Below, one piece after another: positions 61,886-64,000 of a DNA stretch of 64,000 nucleotides. How positions within the stretch are numbered: the first letter of the stretch is position 1; the number at the start of each line of letters is the position of its first letter. Source of the stretch: Candidatus Bathyarchaeota archaeon (GTDB taxonomy: Archaea > Thermoproteota > Bathyarchaeia > TCS64); NCBI GenBank assembly GCA_963769425.1, contig CAVYLP010000004.1, positions 1 to 64,000 of the forward strand. The letters are read 5' to 3'. A model generated the notes under the pieces. That model saw only the letters and a list, made by a program, of their open reading frames with translations. It searched no databases and had not been told where the DNA came from. Both the position numbers and the translations under genes were made by a program.

Positions 61886-62599
61886 ATGCCGACGGCTGGG
61901 AAGGTCTTCGTCTCCACCGAGTACAAGAAGCTCGCTGACGTCGCCGCTGCACTCGAGGGGCACAAGGTCGAGGAGGAGTACGCCGAGGGCGACTTCAAGC
62001 TCACCCTCCTCACCGAGGTCGCGAACGTCAAGGTCACCGAGGGCATACTCACGGGGCTCTACAGCTACGACCACGTCGTCTACAACTACCACCGCGGGAA
62101 GGTGCTCCCCGCTGCAGCGACGACGGAGGTGCTCTTCAGCATGAGCGAGTATGATGGCCGCATCTTCCTTGTTGTCGTTGACAAGAAGGCCATAGCGAAC
62201 AGGATCGCCAATAGGTTGAGCGAGATCGCCTTCGGTGAGATGGGCGTCATAGTCGAGGCACGTATCCTCCCGGAGACGATGAAGAAGTTCCACATCGCAA
62301 ACAAGGAGGGCACCAAAGTCATCTTCTTCGAGAACATGGACATCCCGAACATAAACAAGCTCAGCCTATACGGCCCCGACCTCGTCGACACGAAGCTCTT
62401 CAAGGAGTACGATAGCATCGGAGACCCTTGGTATGTGCTGGCGAAGAGCAAGAAGTTCGGCTACACCGTCGGGTTGGTCAGGGACGGTTCCGTCACCATC
62501 TTCAACACCGTTGATCAAGGGCAATACCTTCAATACGTGCGGGAGGATGTGATCCCAATGACCCAGCCCCCGAGGGCTAGGAAGGACGAGGAGGAATAG
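61886..62599 (+). CDS. Hypothetical protein
   Basis: 237-aa ORF with host-like codon bias, followed 2 nt later by tusA. Confidence 0.75.
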   Translation: MPTAGKVFVSTEYKKLADVAAALEGHKVEEEYAEGDFKLTLLTEVANVKVTEGILTGLYSYDHVVYNYHRGKVLPAAATTEVLFSMSEYDGRIFLVVVDKKAIANRIANRLSEIAFGEMGVIVEARILPETMKKFHIANKEGTKVIFFENMDIPNINKLSLYGPDLVDTKLFKEYDSIGDPWYVLAKSKKFGYTVGLVRDGSVTIFNTVDQGQYLQYVREDVIPMTQPPRARKDEEE

Positions 62600-62601
62600 C
62601 A

Positions 62602-62826
62602 ATGGTTGACAAGACGCTTGACTGCACAGGTCTCTTCTGCCCCGAGCCAGTGTTCCGCACACGCATGGCGCTCGACGAGCTTGCATCCGGCCAGACCCTC
62701 GAGGTCCACGCCGACGACCCAGCCGCCTACGAGGACCTGCGCAGGCTCGCGGAGCGCCTCGGCCACACCGTCGTCTCCGAGAAGAAAGAGGGCGACGAGA
62801 CGGTCATAGTCATCAGGAAAAAGTAA
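62602..62826 (+). CDS. tusA: TusA/SirA sulfur-carrier protein
   Basis: LDCTGLFCPEP motif and ADDP. Confidence 0.9.
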   Translation: MVDKTLDCTGLFCPEPVFRTRMALDELASGQTLEVHADDPAAYEDLRRLAERLGHTVVSEKKEGDETVIVIRKK

Positions 62827-63064
62827 TTCCCCCACCGGATGTTATTTTAGTCTATAACACATCCTTTAAATTGTAAAAACCACCGAAAACAAGCCTAAAA
62901 ATAACACAAACAACAAAACCACCCCAACGAGCCGACGACGCCCCCACCAATCCGCGAAACAGGTAACATAATGTTGTTGTTACTATACCACTTAAAAAGA
63001 GACTTAGACACCCCTCTGAACCCTTTTAATCCACCAATCCCCCAATCAACAAAAGGCGAACCAT

Positions 63065-64000
63065 ATGAAGGCCTACCTCGACAATGGCTCAGGAGCACCA
63101 GTAGACCCAAGAGTCCTACAGGAGATGCTTCCCTTCTTCACCGAGCATGTCGGCAACCCAGCCAGCTTCCACAGCGAGGGCTTCAAGGCACTAAAGTCAA
63201 TAAACAGGGCACGCGAGCAGGTCGCCGCCCTAATAAATGCCGACCCAATTGAGATAACCTTCACCGCAAGTGCAACCGAGGCCACAAACCTCGCCATAAT
63301 CGGCACAGCAAACCGCTACAAGAACAAGGGCAATAGAATCATCTCAAGCGCAGTCGAACACATAAGCACCGTAAACATCTGCAAGGACCTCACACGAAGT
63401 GGATGGGAGTACGAGCAGGCCCCCGTCGACAGATACGGCATTGTCAACCTCGACAAACTCGACCAACTTACAACAGACAAGACCGTCATAGTCACCGTCA
63501 TGGCAGCAAACGGCGAGATAGGTACAATCGAGCCCATCAAAGACGCCGCAGCAATAGCCCACGCAAAGGGCGCCTACTTCCACACAGACGCAACCGCAGC
63601 ACTCGGCAAGATCTCACTCGATGTCAAACAACTAGACACCGACCTCATGACCCTCAGCAGCAACGACATAAACGGCCCCAAGGGCGTTGGAGCCCTATAC
63701 GTCAAGAAGACCATCCGCCCACGCCCAGTCATCATTGGTGGAGGCCAGGAACAAGGCATGCGCAGCGGCACCGAGAACACACCTGGCATAGTCGGTTTCG
63801 GCAAGGCCGCAGAACTCGCAAAGCAAGAGCTGCCCGAGGAGTCCAAGAGACTTACGGAACTACGCGACCACCTGATCAAGGGACTGACCACAACGATCCC
63901 CGAGGCTCACCTCAACGGCCATCCGACCAACCGCACACCAAACAACGCCAACGTCCGATTCAGCTATATCGAGGGCGAGGCACTCACATTGAGCCTCGAC
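63065..64000 (+). CDS. iscS: IscS/NifS-like cysteine desulfurase homolog, runs off the window end (absent from the ORF track)
   Basis: Manual translation from ATG 63065: YLDN, GNPAS, SATEATN, EH, NGEIG, HTDA, SSNDINGPKGVGALY, GGGQE and RSGTEN. Confidence 0.92.
   Translation, partial: MKAYLDNGSGAPVDPRVLQEMLPFFTEHVGNPASFHSEGFKALKSINRAREQVAALINADPIEITFTASATEATNLAIIGTANRYKNKGNRIISSAVEHISTVNICKDLTRSGWEYEQAPVDRYGIVNLDKLDQLTTDKTVIVTVMAANGEIGTIEPIKDAAAIAHAKGAYFHTDATAALGKISLDVKQLDTDLMTLSSNDINGPKGVGALYVKKTIRPRPVIIGGGQEQGMRSGTENTPGIVGFGKAAELAKQELPEESKRLTELRDHLIKGLTTTIPEAHLNGHPTNRTPNNANVRFSYIEGEALTLSLD

Noticed and set aside
7910-63891. Numerous antisense and alternate-frame ORFs in the track
   Set aside because: Shadows of GC-rich genes with strong third-position bias; no motifs

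Overview
Archaeal chromosomal segment. TFB, ABCE1, short XPF and A/V-ATPase I and K subunits are present; gene content and frequent TTG/GTG/CTG starts suggest a TACK archaeon such as Bathyarchaeia (inference). Bases 1-7460 are an AT-rich accessory island with two inverted IS5/IS903-like elements, two membrane-anchored winged-helix regulators and secreted proteins, including a metzincin with a possible inhibitor partner. The rest is GC-rich and holds housekeeping and catabolic genes: rli1, xylAB, purF/S/L/Q/E, nrdJ-cobA, tRNA-Arg(CCG), argS, htpX, udg, tfb, atpI/K, GH1, ubiD, GT2, tusA and iscS. Highlights: (1) a gene-free, helically phased array of about 21 TTCC-N8/9-GG(A/T)A dyads at 9.4-10.1 kb, a candidate origin or centromere-like site; (2) a three-gene operon encoding a short SMC5/6-like ATPase without a recognisable hinge, a kleisin and a MAGE/Nse3-like KITE protein; (3) a duplicated argS 3' end that brackets a 2-kb insert; (4) enzymes lacking canonical catalytic residues (PurF Cys1, IscS PLP-Lys). 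More than ten genes, including essential argS, carry single-base frameshifts. These most likely reflect sequencing or assembly indels, so the split genes are reported as joined CDSs. All family calls come from motif recognition by eye, not database searches.
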